The notes under the pieces: model-generated
The model's database searches: none
Told to the model about the DNA's origin: nothing
The model's input: the letters and a program-made list of their open reading frames with translations, nothing else
Made by a program: the position numbers and the translations under genes
Assembly: GCA_963663895.2 (NCBI GenBank)
Contig: CAXXRD010000001.1
Location: forward strand, 800,001-864,000
Source: Dehalococcoidia bacterium
GTDB taxonomy: Bacteria > Chloroflexota > Dehalococcoidia > Bin125
Direction of reading: 5' to 3'
DNA length: 64,000 nt
Part shown: positions 25,074-35,461 of the stretch, piece after piece
How positions within the stretch are numbered: the stretch's first letter is position 1
Layout of the letters: each line of letters starts with the position of its first letter

Positions 25074-28000
25074 GACGGCGGTAGAGGGCGGGGAGATGGC
25101 GGGGCAAGGAGCCGATGTCGCTGACGATCTCGTAGCCCATGTCCTGGCACATCTCTTGGAGGTAATCGTGGCCTTGCCGGTCGACGGTGAGGCAGAAAGG
25201 CGTAATGCCCTCGCGGCGGGCCTCGGTGAGCGCCATCTTGGTGTCGTGGATGGCGTACTCCTTTTCGGTACGGTCGCGGCCGTAGCCGTGATCTTGGGGC
25301 CGGCCGTCGGAGATCACGACGAGAATGCGGACTTTCGAGCGCGCTTCCTTCAGCTTGACGATAGCGTGACGGATGGCGGGACCCATACGGGTCGAGCGTA
25401 CGGGAGTGATCTTATCGATGCGCTTCTTGATGCCGTCTGAGAAGGGCTCCTCTATGTCCTTGATGACGTAGAACTCGACGTTGTCCCGGCCGTAGCCGCT
25501 AAAGCCGTAGATGCCGTAAGTGTCGCCGATGGATTCGAGAGCTTCGGTGAGGAGGACGATGGCGTCCTTTTCGAGGTCGATGATGCGTTTGGAGGGCTGG
25601 CCGGCCTCCCGGGCGCGCTTCTGCGCCCACCAGGTGAAGTACTTACGCGGGTCGTCGTCGAAGGCGGCGTCGTCCGCACCGAAGCGTTTGCGACGATGGA
25701 TCTCCTCGTCGGTACTGGCGGACATATCGAGGAGGAAACCCACGGTGACGTCACGCTCGACCTTGTTGCGGCGATAAAAGAGGTTGGAGTCCGTGGGAGC
25801 GCCAGCGGCGCGCTGGACGATCCATTCGACCACGGCGTCAAGGTCGAACTCCTCGCCATCGGGAAGATGTCTGATCTTGCGGAAGAGCTCGGGGCGGAGC
25901 AGCTCGAACTGCTTGCGCGTTTCCTTCACAAGGGCGGCGTTCTCGCTGAGCGTGTGGTTGTAGAAGTCGACCTCCCCGCTTGGGAGCGTGCGCTGCTGCA
26001 GGCGGCACCAGCGGGGCTTGTAGTCGTTCGCGCGGAAGTCCCACTCATCATAAAAGAAGAACTGGGGATCGTCGGGGAGTGATGCGTCACCGGAGTCCTG
26101 GCTGGAGGCGTAGTCGCCCTGGAGCTGCTGCCCCGGGGTATCGGATGGGACGCGGGTGCTGGCCATCTCCTCCATCAGGTTGTCCATCATGGCGGAGACC
26201 GCGCCGTCGAGATCGCCGGCGTCGTCCTCCGCGAACTCGATCTCCGCGCTCTTCTCGATGAGCTCCTTGAGCTGCTCGGGGGTGATGGGGATAGGCTCGC
26301 CCTCGTCCGTACCCTCGCCGCGCATCTGGAGCAGCATCTGAACGAGCTCGGGTTTGAAGTCGCCGCGGAAGTCGACGGGCTCGGGGCTCTGATAGGCCTG
26401 CGGGCTGCGGCCGCTCAGGGACGCGGTCGTCGCAGCGGGGGCGCTGAGGGACTCATCACCCTGTGGCACGTCCTGCTCCTCCGTGACCTCCTCTTCGGGC
26501 GGATCAGCGGGGAGCCACTGCGACTCGTCAAGCTGGACGTTGGGAATCGAGGCGATCCACTCGTAGAGGCGGAGAGCGGCCTCGGCGGAATCTTCGACGG
26601 AGGCGTCGCCGTCGCGCATCCGAGCGAGAATCTGAAGCGGGGTCTTGATGAGCTCCGCGATCTCGGGGGGCCACTGGATCGTGTCGCCGGCATCCAGGCT
26701 CAGGCGGACAAGATTCTCGACGGCGGCTTCGCGGGCGGGCATGGTTGCAAGAGCGCGGCGGCGGACGACGGCGGCACGCTGCAAGCGCTCGAAGGCCGTG
26801 CGGACGCCGGGATACTCCCGGCGGAGGACGCTATCAATGCGGGTGTCCTCAACGATCGTGAAGAGATCGGCGATGAGGCGGCGATCGTCGAAGAGGTCGA
26901 AGAAGCGCTCCATGTCCGTGAGGGCAGGATCACCGTCGCGGGCCGGAGCGCGCGTGAAGCGGAGATCGTCGAAGAGGGTGGCCGGGCGGGAGAAGCGGAA
27001 GTGGAAGGAGTCAAATTCCAGCCGCCCCGCTTGGTGTGTCGCGAAGACTTTGTAGACGGAGAAGTTCAGCGCTTTGTCGTTGTGCTCCTCGACGACCGCG
27101 GGCAGGTAGATGGCCGTGCCTTCCGTCGTGGGGCTGCTCTGACTGACCCAGCCGACTCCACGCTCGGCGAGGGCGTCGAGCGGGAAGACGGCCACGTCGG
27201 CGCCGGTGAGCGCGCGACAGTAGAGCCGGATCAGCTCGGCGACGTTCTCGAGCTCAACGCGGGAGGAGAGCGCCTGGATGACCTCTTCGCCTTTGGCGGA
27301 CTCCAGGCGAAAGAAGGCCTCCCCGCCCGCTGCGCTCTTCTGCAGGATGGCCAAGCCCTGCGCATGCCAGCGGGCGAGATCGTCGTGGCTGACGCGCGCA
27401 AGGACGGCGGGCGACGATTTGATGAACTCCATCGCGGCGAGGCCGGAGTGGGGAAGCAATTCCTCGGCGAGAGCGATAACGCGGCCGTGCACGGCGTCAT
27501 CAACTTCCGCCAGCGCCGCGGCCGCATCGAGGAAATAGGGATGGCCTTGCCGTCCCACCATCAGCGCGACGCGGCCGGAGAGCGCAAGGAAGCGCGCGCG
27601 CTGCTGGGGCTCGACGCGCTTGATGGCGTTGGGGCTGCGCTCAAAGTAGTTGCGCGCGTCGGCCCAGGCCGTGTTGGCGACGATCGAACCGAATTCGAGG
27701 ACGGGAGCCCGATCGGCGCGGTCGAGCTCGCCAAGGACGGCGGCGGACATGCCCAGGCAAGCGCTGGCCAGCTCGTAGGAGTGACCGGCGAGGGCGTCGA
27801 TCAGTTCGACGAGGAGGCGCGTCTGGCCGAGGGGCAGCTGCGAGAGGATGGCGGGGCTGACGTCGAAATACTGCGCGGCGAGGGAGCCCGACTTCCAGGT
27901 GCCACGGTAAAGCAGGCGACCCTGCTCGCCCCAGTCGGGCGCCTGCGCGGGAGCAAGGTGCGGAAGCGCGGCGGGGCTGGCGCGGAAGTAGGCCGCAGCA

Positions 28001-28329
28001 AGCGCGGGGGAATCGGCGGCGAGATCACGGCCACTGCCTGCCCAGGCTTGGAAGTGGGGGAGGGGCAGTTGGTCGAGCACGGCGGCGCTGACGCGACAGT
28101 AGACGCTGGCGGCTTCCCAAGCACGGAGGGAATGGCGGGCGACCGCGAGCCCTTCGTCCGCCCAGGCAAGGAGGGCGTCCGCGTCTAGGCGCTCCTGGAG
28201 CTGGGTGCAGGCTTCGTCGAACTCCTGCAAGAGCGGCGGAGGGAAGGTGGCGAGCGCCTCACGGATGGCGGCCAGGGCGGGCTCCGTGGCGCTGGGCCTG
28301 GGAGAGTGTGGGCGGGGACTATCGGGCAT
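25063..28329 (-). CDS. Large NorD/CbbO-like VWA domain protein with N-terminal helical repeats
   Basis: YDEWDFRANDYKPRWC, DGEEFDLDA, MIDAS LLDMSAST, STRMGPAIRHA, ISDGRPQD. Confidence 0.88.
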   Translation of the reverse strand: MPDSPRPHSPRPSATEPALAAIREALATFPPPLLQEFDEACTQLQERLDADALLAWADEGLAVARHSLRAWEAASVYCRVSAAVLDQLPLPHFQAWAGSGRDLAADSPALAAAYFRASPAALPHLAPAQAPDWGEQGRLLYRGTWKSGSLAAQYFDVSPAILSQLPLGQTRLLVELIDALAGHSYELASACLGMSAAVLGELDRADRAPVLEFGSIVANTAWADARNYFERSPNAIKRVEPQQRARFLALSGRVALMVGRQGHPYFLDAAAALAEVDDAVHGRVIALAEELLPHSGLAAMEFIKSSPAVLARVSHDDLARWHAQGLAILQKSAAGGEAFFRLESAKGEEVIQALSSRVELENVAELIRLYCRALTGADVAVFPLDALAERGVGWVSQSSPTTEGTAIYLPAVVEEHNDKALNFSVYKVFATHQAGRLEFDSFHFRFSRPATLFDDLRFTRAPARDGDPALTDMERFFDLFDDRRLIADLFTIVEDTRIDSVLRREYPGVRTAFERLQRAAVVRRRALATMPAREAAVENLVRLSLDAGDTIQWPPEIAELIKTPLQILARMRDGDASVEDSAEAALRLYEWIASIPNVQLDESQWLPADPPEEEVTEEQDVPQGDESLSAPAATTASLSGRSPQAYQSPEPVDFRGDFKPELVQMLLQMRGEGTDEGEPIPITPEQLKELIEKSAEIEFAEDDAGDLDGAVSAMMDNLMEEMASTRVPSDTPGQQLQGDYASSQDSGDASLPDDPQFFFYDEWDFRANDYKPRWCRLQQRTLPSGEVDFYNHTLSENAALVKETRKQFELLRPELFRKIRHLPDGEEFDLDAVVEWIVQRAAGAPTDSNLFYRRNKVERDVTVGFLLDMSASTDEEIHRRKRFGADDAAFDDDPRKYFTWWAQKRAREAGQPSKRIIDLEKDAIVLLTEALESIGDTYGIYGFSGYGRDNVEFYVIKDIEEPFSDGIKKRIDKITPVRSTRMGPAIRHAIVKLKEARSKVRILVVISDGRPQDHGYGRDRTEKEYAIHDTKMALTEARREGITPFCLTVDRQGHDYLQEMCQDMGYEIVSDIGSLPRHLPALYRRLTR

Positions 28330-28957
28330 CGGATGCTCTGGGCGCGGGGGAGACGCCGGAGTGTCGCGCGACCACGCGGGTGGGATCAGGAAAATTGTCG
28401 AAGGTCACGGACTCGTCGATCGTATCCAACACAGCGTAGGAGAGCTGGAAGCCGTTATGGGGATCGCGGGGCTCGCCGGCGGAGCCGGGGTTAATCACCA
28501 AGGCATCGCCGATGCGCCGCTCCAGCTGGTAGTGCGTGTGGCCGTAGATCACGAAGTCCGCCTCTAAATGGGCGAGCTTCTGCAGATCGGCGCTGGAGGG
28601 GTAGAGATAGTCGCGGTAAGGCTCCCAAGGCGTCGCATGGAACATGAAGAGGGTCTTGCCGTCCAGCGTGGTGCGCAGGGTGTTGGGATGGGCGCTGGTC
28701 CAGGCGAGTAGCTCCCGATCGACCTTGGGGGACTCGCGCGCGCGTACGCCCGCGGCGCTCAAGAGGATCTCCTCATGGTTGCCGAGGATGAACCGGGCGC
28801 CGCGTTCGCGCAGGCGGGCGACGACCTCGTTGCTGAAGCGGAACTGGTAGACGGCATCGCCGGCGCAGAGCAGCTCATCGACGGGGCCCATGCGGGCAAG
28901 AGCGGTGTCCAGCGCCTCGATATTGCAGTGGATGTCGGAGAGGATGCCTAGGCGCAC
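28319..28957 (-). CDS. Calcineurin-like metallophosphoesterase (YfcE-like)
   Basis: SDIHCN, AGD, GNHE, FHA, GHTH, NPGSAG. Confidence 0.9.
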   Translation of the reverse strand: MRLGILSDIHCNIEALDTALARMGPVDELLCAGDAVYQFRFSNEVVARLRERGARFILGNHEEILLSAAGVRARESPKVDRELLAWTSAHPNTLRTTLDGKTLFMFHATPWEPYRDYLYPSSADLQKLAHLEADFVIYGHTHYQLERRIGDALVINPGSAGEPRDPHNGFQLSYAVLDTIDESVTFDNFPDPTRVVARHSGVSPAPRASDAR

Positions 28958-29002
28958 TGGGGTCCTCGAAGCGGATGCAGGAAGAGCGAGGAACGAGCGG
29001 CG

Positions 29003-29914
29003 CTATTCAAAGATGGACGCGATCACTTCTTCGACGCTGCGCTGGATCTCGGCGTCGTCGGTCAGAGACCACACGATCGCAATCTGACAAGCGCGGCGGG
29101 GGGCGATGCCCTGGCGGATGAGGCTGCCTGCGTAGATCAGCAGGCGGGTGCTGGCACCCTCGCTGAGGCCGTGCTCGCGAAGATGGCGGATTTTTTCGGC
29201 CATCTTGGCGAGGCGGAGCGCGGTCTCGGCATCAATGCCGGATTCGTGCTGGATGATCTCGGCCTCGATCTCACGAGGCGGGTAGTCAAACTCGATGGCG
29301 ACGAAGCGCTGGCGCGTGCTCTGCTTGAGGTCTTTCAGGGCGCTCTGATAGCCCGGGTTGAACGAGATGACGAGGAGGAAGCCGTCGCGGGCTTGGAGGA
29401 GCTGCGACTTCTTCTCGACGGGAAGGATCCGGCGGTGATCGGTGAGGGGGTGAATGAGGACTGTGGTGTCCTTGCGTGCCTCGACGACCTCGTCGAGGTA
29501 ACAGATCGCGCCCGCTTTGACGGCGCGAGTGAGGGGGCCGTCGATCCAGACCGTCTCCTGCCCTTCGAGCAGGTAGCGGCCGACGAGGTCGCTGGCGGTG
29601 AGGTCTTCGTGGCAGGCAACGGTGACGAGCGGCAGGCTGCTCTCCTGCACGATCTCTTTTCTGCCGTCACGGGAGACGACGACGGGGCGGTTGAGGTGAA
29701 AGGCCATGTACTCCACGAAGCGGGTTTTGCCGCAGCCGGTGGGCCCTTTGAGGAGCACGGGGATCTTGGAGTTCCAGGCCGCGCGGAAGAGCTCGACCTC
29801 GTCCCCGACGGGAACGTAGTACGGCTCTTCTTGGAAGCGGAACTCCTCAACCGCCCAGGAGCGGTATTCGGTAAGGGGAGCTTCGGTTTGGGAAGTCATG
29901 ATCTCTCGCTGCAT
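29003..29914 (-). CDS. CbbQ/NirQ/NorQ family MoxR AAA+ ATPase
   Basis: [66 protein letters not shown]. Confidence 0.94.
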   Translation of the reverse strand: MQREIMTSQTEAPLTEYRSWAVEEFRFQEEPYYVPVGDEVELFRAAWNSKIPVLLKGPTGCGKTRFVEYMAFHLNRPVVVSRDGRKEIVQESSLPLVTVACHEDLTASDLVGRYLLEGQETVWIDGPLTRAVKAGAICYLDEVVEARKDTTVLIHPLTDHRRILPVEKKSQLLQARDGFLLVISFNPGYQSALKDLKQSTRQRFVAIEFDYPPREIEAEIIQHESGIDAETALRLAKMAEKIRHLREHGLSEGASTRLLIYAGSLIRQGIAPRRACQIAIVWSLTDDAEIQRSVEEVIASIFE

Positions 29915-29930
29915 CCAGTCGCGTGGCGCT

Positions 29931-30542
29931 CTAGCCAGTTGGCAGGAGGCGCCCTCGCAGCGCCTCCCATTCTTGGTCCACTCGCGCCCAAGCCTCCTCT
30001 ACTGAGCCGCTGTTGTCGATCACGCGGTCAGCATGCTTGATCCGCTCCCCGTCGGTGAGCTGGGAGTCGATGCGCGCGTTGGCGGCTTCGGTGCTGAGGC
30101 CGTTGCGCTGCATGAGGCGCTGCCGGGCGATGGAGCGGGGCACCGTGACGACCCAGACTTCGTCGGCGAGGTCCTGCCAGTCCGCTTCGATGAGGACCGC
30201 CGCTTCGAGCACGGCGACCTGGGATCCGGCGCGCTCAAGGCCGCGCAACTCTTCCACGGCGAGCGCCTTGATGGCGGGCCAGACGATATCGGTCAGGCGC
30301 TTGAGCGCGGCGGCGTCGCCGAAGACTTTGGCGCCGAGGACACGGCGGTCGATAGCGCCATCGTCGGCGACGATCTCGCGGCCGAAGCGGTCGACGACGG
30401 CATCGTAGACGGGACCGCCGGGCGCGTAGGTTCGATGTCCGAGCAGATCGGCGTCGAGCAGCGCGGCGCCACGCTCGACGAGCCTGGCGGAGACGGCGGA
30501 TTTACCAGAGGCGATGCCGCCGGTCAGTCCGATCACGTGCAT
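29931..30542 (-). CDS. coaE: Dephospho-CoA kinase
   Basis: [37 protein letters not shown]. Confidence 0.93.
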   Translation of the reverse strand: MHVIGLTGGIASGKSAVSARLVERGAALLDADLLGHRTYAPGGPVYDAVVDRFGREIVADDGAIDRRVLGAKVFGDAAALKRLTDIVWPAIKALAVEELRGLERAGSQVAVLEAAVLIEADWQDLADEVWVVTVPRSIARQRLMQRNGLSTEAANARIDSQLTDGERIKHADRVIDNSGSVEEAWARVDQEWEALRGRLLPTG

Positions 30543-30620
30543 GCGCCCCGCCTTCAAAGAACCGAGCCGACCGGCACGCCTGGTGGCGAAACAAACAAGG
30601 CCCATCCGGGCCGAGAAATG

Positions 30621-30650
30621 AGGCTATCAATGGCCAATTCCGAGCGTCAA
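30621..30650 (-). promoter_or_regulatory. Putative sigma70 promoter of the coaE-cbbQ-MPP-VWA operon
   Basis: Minus strand TTGACG-18 nt-TAGCCT. Confidence 0.45.
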
Positions 30651-30834
30651 GGTAAACCCCCCAGGGACTCCCCGGCGCTGCGGCCGTCCAGGCGGTAGCG
30701 GGACGGCTCGATCGCTTGCGCTCGGCGCGGGCTCCAGACTCCGAGAGAGTGTATCGCCGCTGTCAGTGATGGGAGGAGAGCGAACATGATAATAGAGGCG
30801 CGCGTCCGCACGATCGTCCCAGGGAGAGCAGGCG

Positions 30835-31308
30835 ATGGCCGTCGAAGCGTTGAGCAGTACCGCGGACTTGGAAGACGCCCGCGAGCAGTTGCTGCAGAGC
30901 TTCGCCGGCTTGGATGAGTCGCTCCTGAACGAACCCAACGTCGTGGGCGAATGGAGCATCCGCGAGGTGGTCGCACACATCGCCACCTGGGATGCGTGGG
31001 TGCGCGAGGTGCTCGACGCTGCCCCGCAGGGCGCCCCGGCCAGCGTGCCCGACGAGGAAGCGACGAACCAGCGAGCGCAGGAGCGCTTTGCCGGGACGCC
31101 GTTCGGAGAGATCCGGCGCGAGATGCGATCAACGCGAATGCCGATCCTCTGCCAGTTCGCGGCGATGAGTGATGCGGAGCGGGCGCGCCCCCGCTACCTG
31201 ATGGACGACAAGCTGATCTCCGCGGACGATCTGGCCGAGAGCTTCATCGAGCACGATCTGACGCACGCATCGGAGATCCGGGCTTGGCGCAAGCTGCGGG
31301 GCGTCTAA
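30835..31308 (+). CDS. DinB/DfsB-like four-helix bundle protein
   Basis: GEWSIREVVAHIATWD and IEHDLTH metal-binding His pattern. Confidence 0.8.
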   Translation: MAVEALSSTADLEDAREQLLQSFAGLDESLLNEPNVVGEWSIREVVAHIATWDAWVREVLDAAPQGAPASVPDEEATNQRAQERFAGTPFGEIRREMRSTRMPILCQFAAMSDAERARPRYLMDDKLISADDLAESFIEHDLTHASEIRAWRKLRGV

Positions 31309-31324
31309 CCCGACCCCTAGACCG

Positions 31325-32302
31325 CTAGTCTTGGAGGAGCTCGCGCAAGGCCGCGGCAAGCGGCGGTAGCACCTTCTGGTAGTCCTCGACCACGCCAAAA
31401 CGGCAGAAGTTGTAGATGTTCGCGCCGGGGTCCTTGTTAATCGCGACGATGTTCTTGCTGCCCCCGCAGCCGGCCATGTGCTGACTGGCGCCGCTGATCG
31501 CGACGGCGAGGTAGAGCGTGGGCGAGACGACCGTGCCCGTGAGCCCCACCTGTTGCGCGGGCGGGTACCAGCCGAGGTCGCAAGCGGCGCGGCTGGCGCC
31601 CACCGCAGCGCCCAGCACGGAGGCGAGCTCCTCCAAGTCACGGAAGGCGCTCTCTTGGCCGAGGCCGCGACCACCGGCAACGACGATCTCCGCCGTGTTG
31701 AGCGGAATCCCTTCCGACTGGGCCCGCTCCTTGCCGGTGACGGCGGCGCGGGGGGCGACGGGATCGACCGCGATGGCGGTGATCGATCCGCGCCGTGAGG
31801 CGTCGGGATCCAGCGCGTCCTGCGATTTCGCGCGCACGGTGATGACCTGCGGATCGCTGGTGATGGTCACGACCTGACGAGCGTTGCCGCCGAAGCAGGG
31901 ACGCGTGGCGCGGATCCGTCCCTCCGCGACGGCGAGGTCCACGGCGTCCATGACGACGGCCGTGTCGAGACGGGCGGCGAGGCGGGGGGCCAGATCTCGG
32001 CCGATACTGGTTTGGCCGATCAGGACGACTTGCGGCCTCTCTTGCTGGACGATCGCGGCGGCCAGGGGAACGTAGGCTTCGGTGTGGTACTGCACGAGCG
32101 ATTCGTGGTCGGCGGTGTAGACGGTTTCGGCGCCGGCCGCGACCGCGGCTTGGGCAGCGCTAGCGAGCGCGCCGCCGATCAGGGCGCAGGCGACGCCACC
32201 GCCAAGCTCTTCGGTCAAGCGCGTGGCGGCGCCTAAGAGTTCGGCGCTGGTCGCGCTGAACTGCCCGTCCGGCGCTTCGCCGATGACGAGGACGCTCGCC
32301 AT
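31325..32302 (-). CDS. etfA: Electron transfer flavoprotein alpha subunit
   Basis: VVAGGRG, GASRAA, QVGLTG, AISGASQH, AINKD. Confidence 0.95.
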   Translation of the reverse strand: MASVLVIGEAPDGQFSATSAELLGAATRLTEELGGGVACALIGGALASAAQAAVAAGAETVYTADHESLVQYHTEAYVPLAAAIVQQERPQVVLIGQTSIGRDLAPRLAARLDTAVVMDAVDLAVAEGRIRATRPCFGGNARQVVTITSDPQVITVRAKSQDALDPDASRRGSITAIAVDPVAPRAAVTGKERAQSEGIPLNTAEIVVAGGRGLGQESAFRDLEELASVLGAAVGASRAACDLGWYPPAQQVGLTGTVVSPTLYLAVAISGASQHMAGCGGSKNIVAINKDPGANIYNFCRFGVVEDYQKVLPPLAAALRELLQD

Positions 32303-33105
32303 TAGACGATCTTGGCCTCGCGCAGCTTCCGCGCGAGGGCCTGTGCCTTCTCTGCAGGCGAGTCGCCATCGATAAATTCCACTTGGGTCTCGTTCTTGGG
32401 AACGAAGAGTTGCTCCATCTTGACGCGAGCGCCGGCGGCGCCGACCGCGTGCGGATCGAGCCCGAGATCGGCCGGGGTCCAGACCGTCACATCTTTCTTG
32501 GCCGCTTGCATGATCTGCCGCAGCTGCGGATAGCGGGGATCGCCGAACTCATTGCTGATCGTGAGGACGCAAGGAGTGGCGGTGATAACGGACTCGAAAC
32601 CGTCACTGACGACCCGCGAGGCGCCGATCTTCCCGTCGCGCCACTCGACGGAGCGCAGCACGGTGACGGACGGCAGGTCCAAGAGCTCCGCGACCATGCC
32701 GCCGACGACGCCGTAGTCCCAATCGGCAGCTTGACGGCCGAAGAGGAGAACGTCCGGGAGGCCGATCTTTTCGATCGCCTTGGAGAGCGCGAGCGCAGTG
32801 GTCCAAGAGTCACCGTCTTCGAAGGCGGGATCGTTCAAGTGGTACCCCTCGTCGGCGCCCATGGCGAGTCCGTGCTTGACCGCATCGCGGGCGGAGTCGG
32901 GGCCTAAGGAGAGCACGCCGATCGTGCCGGCGCCGGCGGCATCACGCAGCTGGAGGGCAGCCTCGACGGCTTGGGCGTCGAATGGGCTAATGACCTGCTG
33001 TACCCCCGGCGGCGGGACGATGGTCATGCTGGCTTCGTCCACCTTGAAGGCGGAAGCGGGCATCTCCGGGTCGAGGATCTGCTTCACGCAGACGATCGCG
33101 TCCAT
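32302..33105 (-). CDS. etfB: Electron transfer flavoprotein beta subunit
   Basis: IVCVKQILD, AVEAALQL, LAMGAD, GRQAAD, PRYP. Confidence 0.95.
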   Translation of the reverse strand: MDAIVCVKQILDPEMPASAFKVDEASMTIVPPPGVQQVISPFDAQAVEAALQLRDAAGAGTIGVLSLGPDSARDAVKHGLAMGADEGYHLNDPAFEDGDSWTTALALSKAIEKIGLPDVLLFGRQAADWDYGVVGGMVAELLDLPSVTVLRSVEWRDGKIGASRVVSDGFESVITATPCVLTISNEFGDPRYPQLRQIMQAAKKDVTVWTPADLGLDPHAVGAAGARVKMEQLFVPKNETQVEFIDGDSPAEKAQALARKLREAKIV

Positions 33106-33189
33106 TGGGTCTCTCTTGTTTTCCCAGAAAACCGGGAAGGCCGGACAGCATTGTCGCGCTCGGTCCGCGCTGAGGCAACGCGGCGCCGG

Positions 33190-35424
33190 TTAGCCCGGCT
33201 CGGACGGAGGCGGCGGCGGGGAAGGAGAGTCGCTGGATAGGGGTGCTGCGGCCAGGAGCTCGGCAACGTCAAAGGCCTGCATCTGGCGCGCCGCGTCCGT
33301 CTCCATCTGCACGGTCGGGAGGCCGGAGTCGAACATTTGGATGCAGAAGGGGCAGGCGGTGCAGGCCTTGTCGGCGCCGGTATCGACGGCCTCGCGGGCA
33401 CGCACCTCGTTGACGCGCTCGCGGCCCTGCTCCTCCATCCACATATTGCCGCCGCCGGCTCCGCAGCAGAGGCCTTGCTCGCGATTGCGGGGCATCTCGA
33501 CCAAGGTGACGTTGGGGATGCGCGTCAAGATACGACGGGGCGCCTCGTAGATATTGTTGTGGCGACCGAGGTAGCAAGAGTCGTGGAACGTGACCGTCTG
33601 CTGGGCCGTGGCTTTGGGCGTGAGCTTGCCCGCGTCGAGCAAGCGCTCCAGCAGGACGGAATGGTGAATGACTTCGTAGGTACCGCCTAACTCGGGGTAC
33701 TCGTTCTTGAACGTGTTGAAGCAGTGCGGGCAGTGGGTCACGATCTTTTTGACACCAGCCTCGTCGAGCGTAGCGATGAGCTGCTGGGCGAGGATCTGGA
33801 AGAGATACTCGTTGCCGAGGCGGCGGGCAGGGTCGCCGTTGCAGGGTTCGTTGAGACCGAGCACGCCAAAGGAGACGCCCGCGTCCTTCAGCAAGGTCAC
33901 CACCGAGCGCGTGATCGACTGCGCCCGATCGACCAGGGCCCCGGTGCAGCCCACGAAGTAGAGATACTCCTGCTCTCCAGTCCAGGGCGGGACTTCGAGC
34001 CCCTCCATCCAGGACTCACGGGTATGGGCCGTGCCGCGCCAGGGATGGCCCTGCCGCTCTAGGGTTTCGAGGGCGCCTTGCACGGACTCGGGCATGCGCG
34101 CCTCTTCCATCACGAGACTGCGGCGCATGTCGACGATGGTGGGAATGTGCTCGATAAAGACCGGGCATTCCTGGACACAGGCTCCGCAGGTACGGCAGGC
34201 CCAGAGCGCCTCCTCGGTGACCGCGCCGCCGATCATGGAGGGCGCCCCGTCGAGGCCTGCGTCAAGGGCGGCGCCACGGGCCTGGTTGGTGGCCATGCGG
34301 GCACCGACGGTGGAGGCATGGTCCTTGAGATTGAGGATGATGTGCATCGGAGAGAGCGGTTGGCCGGCGATGTCGGCGGGGCAGGCGCTGGTACAGCGGC
34401 CACAGTGGACGCAGGCATCGAGTTCGAACAGCTGCTTCATGGAGAAGTGATTGAGCTGGCTGGCGCCGAAGTGCTCGGCTTCCTCAATGTTGGGGATGAG
34501 CGGCAACTTGCCGGAGGAAGCCGGGTTCCTGAGGAACGCATTGAGCGGCGCGGCAACGACATGGTTGAGCTTGGTGTAGCCCAGCAGGCCGAGCCAGCTG
34601 AGCGCGGTGACCATGTGAAACCACCAGAGGGCTTGGTGCAGGTCGAGCTGGGTGGTCGTGCTGAAGCCGCCGAAGATCTTCGCCACGACCCAGCCGCCCG
34701 GGGACCAGATGGCCCAGCCGGGGTTCTCGTGGATCTCCGAAGAGGCGATGCGCAGCCCTTCAACCAAGAAGCCGGTGATGAGAAGCGCGCCGAGCCCGCC
34801 GAGAATCGCCCAGTCCTCCCAGCGCAGCTCCCAGCGAGTGCGCGGCCGCACCCAGCGATGCGCAACCGCCAAGCCGACGCCGATCAGCCCCACGATCCCG
34901 AAGATGTCGCCGACGAGCGAGTAGCCGAGATAGCGGTCGCCGACGAGGATGCGGACTTCATCGTCGGGGAGGTAGTCATCAATGGCGAGGAGAGCGGTGA
35001 CCAGGAAGAGGACCACGATGCTGGACATCAGGCAGGCGTGCATGAGTCCGGAGTAGGGATCGTTGAGCACGCGCTCCGTGGCGAAGCCGCCGCGCACGAC
35101 ATTGCGCAGCCGGGCGCGGGGATTATCGAAGCGGAAGTCGGGCCGGCCGAGCCGCCAGATGCGGGAGCGCCGGATGAGCGGGTAGACGATGACGGCGACG
35201 AGAAGCGGCAAGAGTGCGTAGAGCACCCAGAAGTGATCGATATTGAAGAAGATCTCGCGGTGCGGCCCGTCGAAGCGGGCGGTCTCGGCAGCGCTGAGCA
35301 GCAGCAGACCTCCGAGCGGGATCCACAGGGGGATGGCGAGGCCGAGCAGTGGACGCGCGCGCTTGGCAGCGGGACGCCGTCGGGCGCGCGACGGACGGGA
35401 CCGGCCGGAGGTGGAGGAGGTGAT
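33190..35424 (-). CDS. Membrane Fe-S oxidoreductase (FadF/EMO/HdrD-like: TM heme-b-type module + 2x[4Fe-4S] + CCG domains)
   Basis: TM helices with His residues, CVHCGRCTSACP, CRTCGACVQECP, HCPHC, HDSCYLGR, CCGAGGG, ACPFC. Start codon uncertain (ORF is open to 35553). Confidence 0.88.
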   Translation of the reverse strand: MTSSTSGRSRPSRARRRPAAKRARPLLGLAIPLWIPLGGLLLLSAAETARFDGPHREIFFNIDHFWVLYALLPLLVAVIVYPLIRRSRIWRLGRPDFRFDNPRARLRNVVRGGFATERVLNDPYSGLMHACLMSSIVVLFLVTALLAIDDYLPDDEVRILVGDRYLGYSLVGDIFGIVGLIGVGLAVAHRWVRPRTRWELRWEDWAILGGLGALLITGFLVEGLRIASSEIHENPGWAIWSPGGWVVAKIFGGFSTTTQLDLHQALWWFHMVTALSWLGLLGYTKLNHVVAAPLNAFLRNPASSGKLPLIPNIEEAEHFGASQLNHFSMKQLFELDACVHCGRCTSACPADIAGQPLSPMHIILNLKDHASTVGARMATNQARGAALDAGLDGAPSMIGGAVTEEALWACRTCGACVQECPVFIEHIPTIVDMRRSLVMEEARMPESVQGALETLERQGHPWRGTAHTRESWMEGLEVPPWTGEQEYLYFVGCTGALVDRAQSITRSVVTLLKDAGVSFGVLGLNEPCNGDPARRLGNEYLFQILAQQLIATLDEAGVKKIVTHCPHCFNTFKNEYPELGGTYEVIHHSVLLERLLDAGKLTPKATAQQTVTFHDSCYLGRHNNIYEAPRRILTRIPNVTLVEMPRNREQGLCCGAGGGNMWMEEQGRERVNEVRAREAVDTGADKACTACPFCIQMFDSGLPTVQMETDAARQMQAFDVAELLAAAPLSSDSPSPPPPPSEPG

Positions 35425-35461
35425 GCGGCGCCCCCGATCGAGTGCGCCCCCAGGGGCGCGG

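Noticed and set aside
25063-29914. Evidence for Calvin-cycle carbon fixation or denitrification
   Set aside because: The CbbQ/NorQ and CbbO/NorD family assignment alone is not enough; no RuBisCO, PRK, Nor or Nir gene is in the window.
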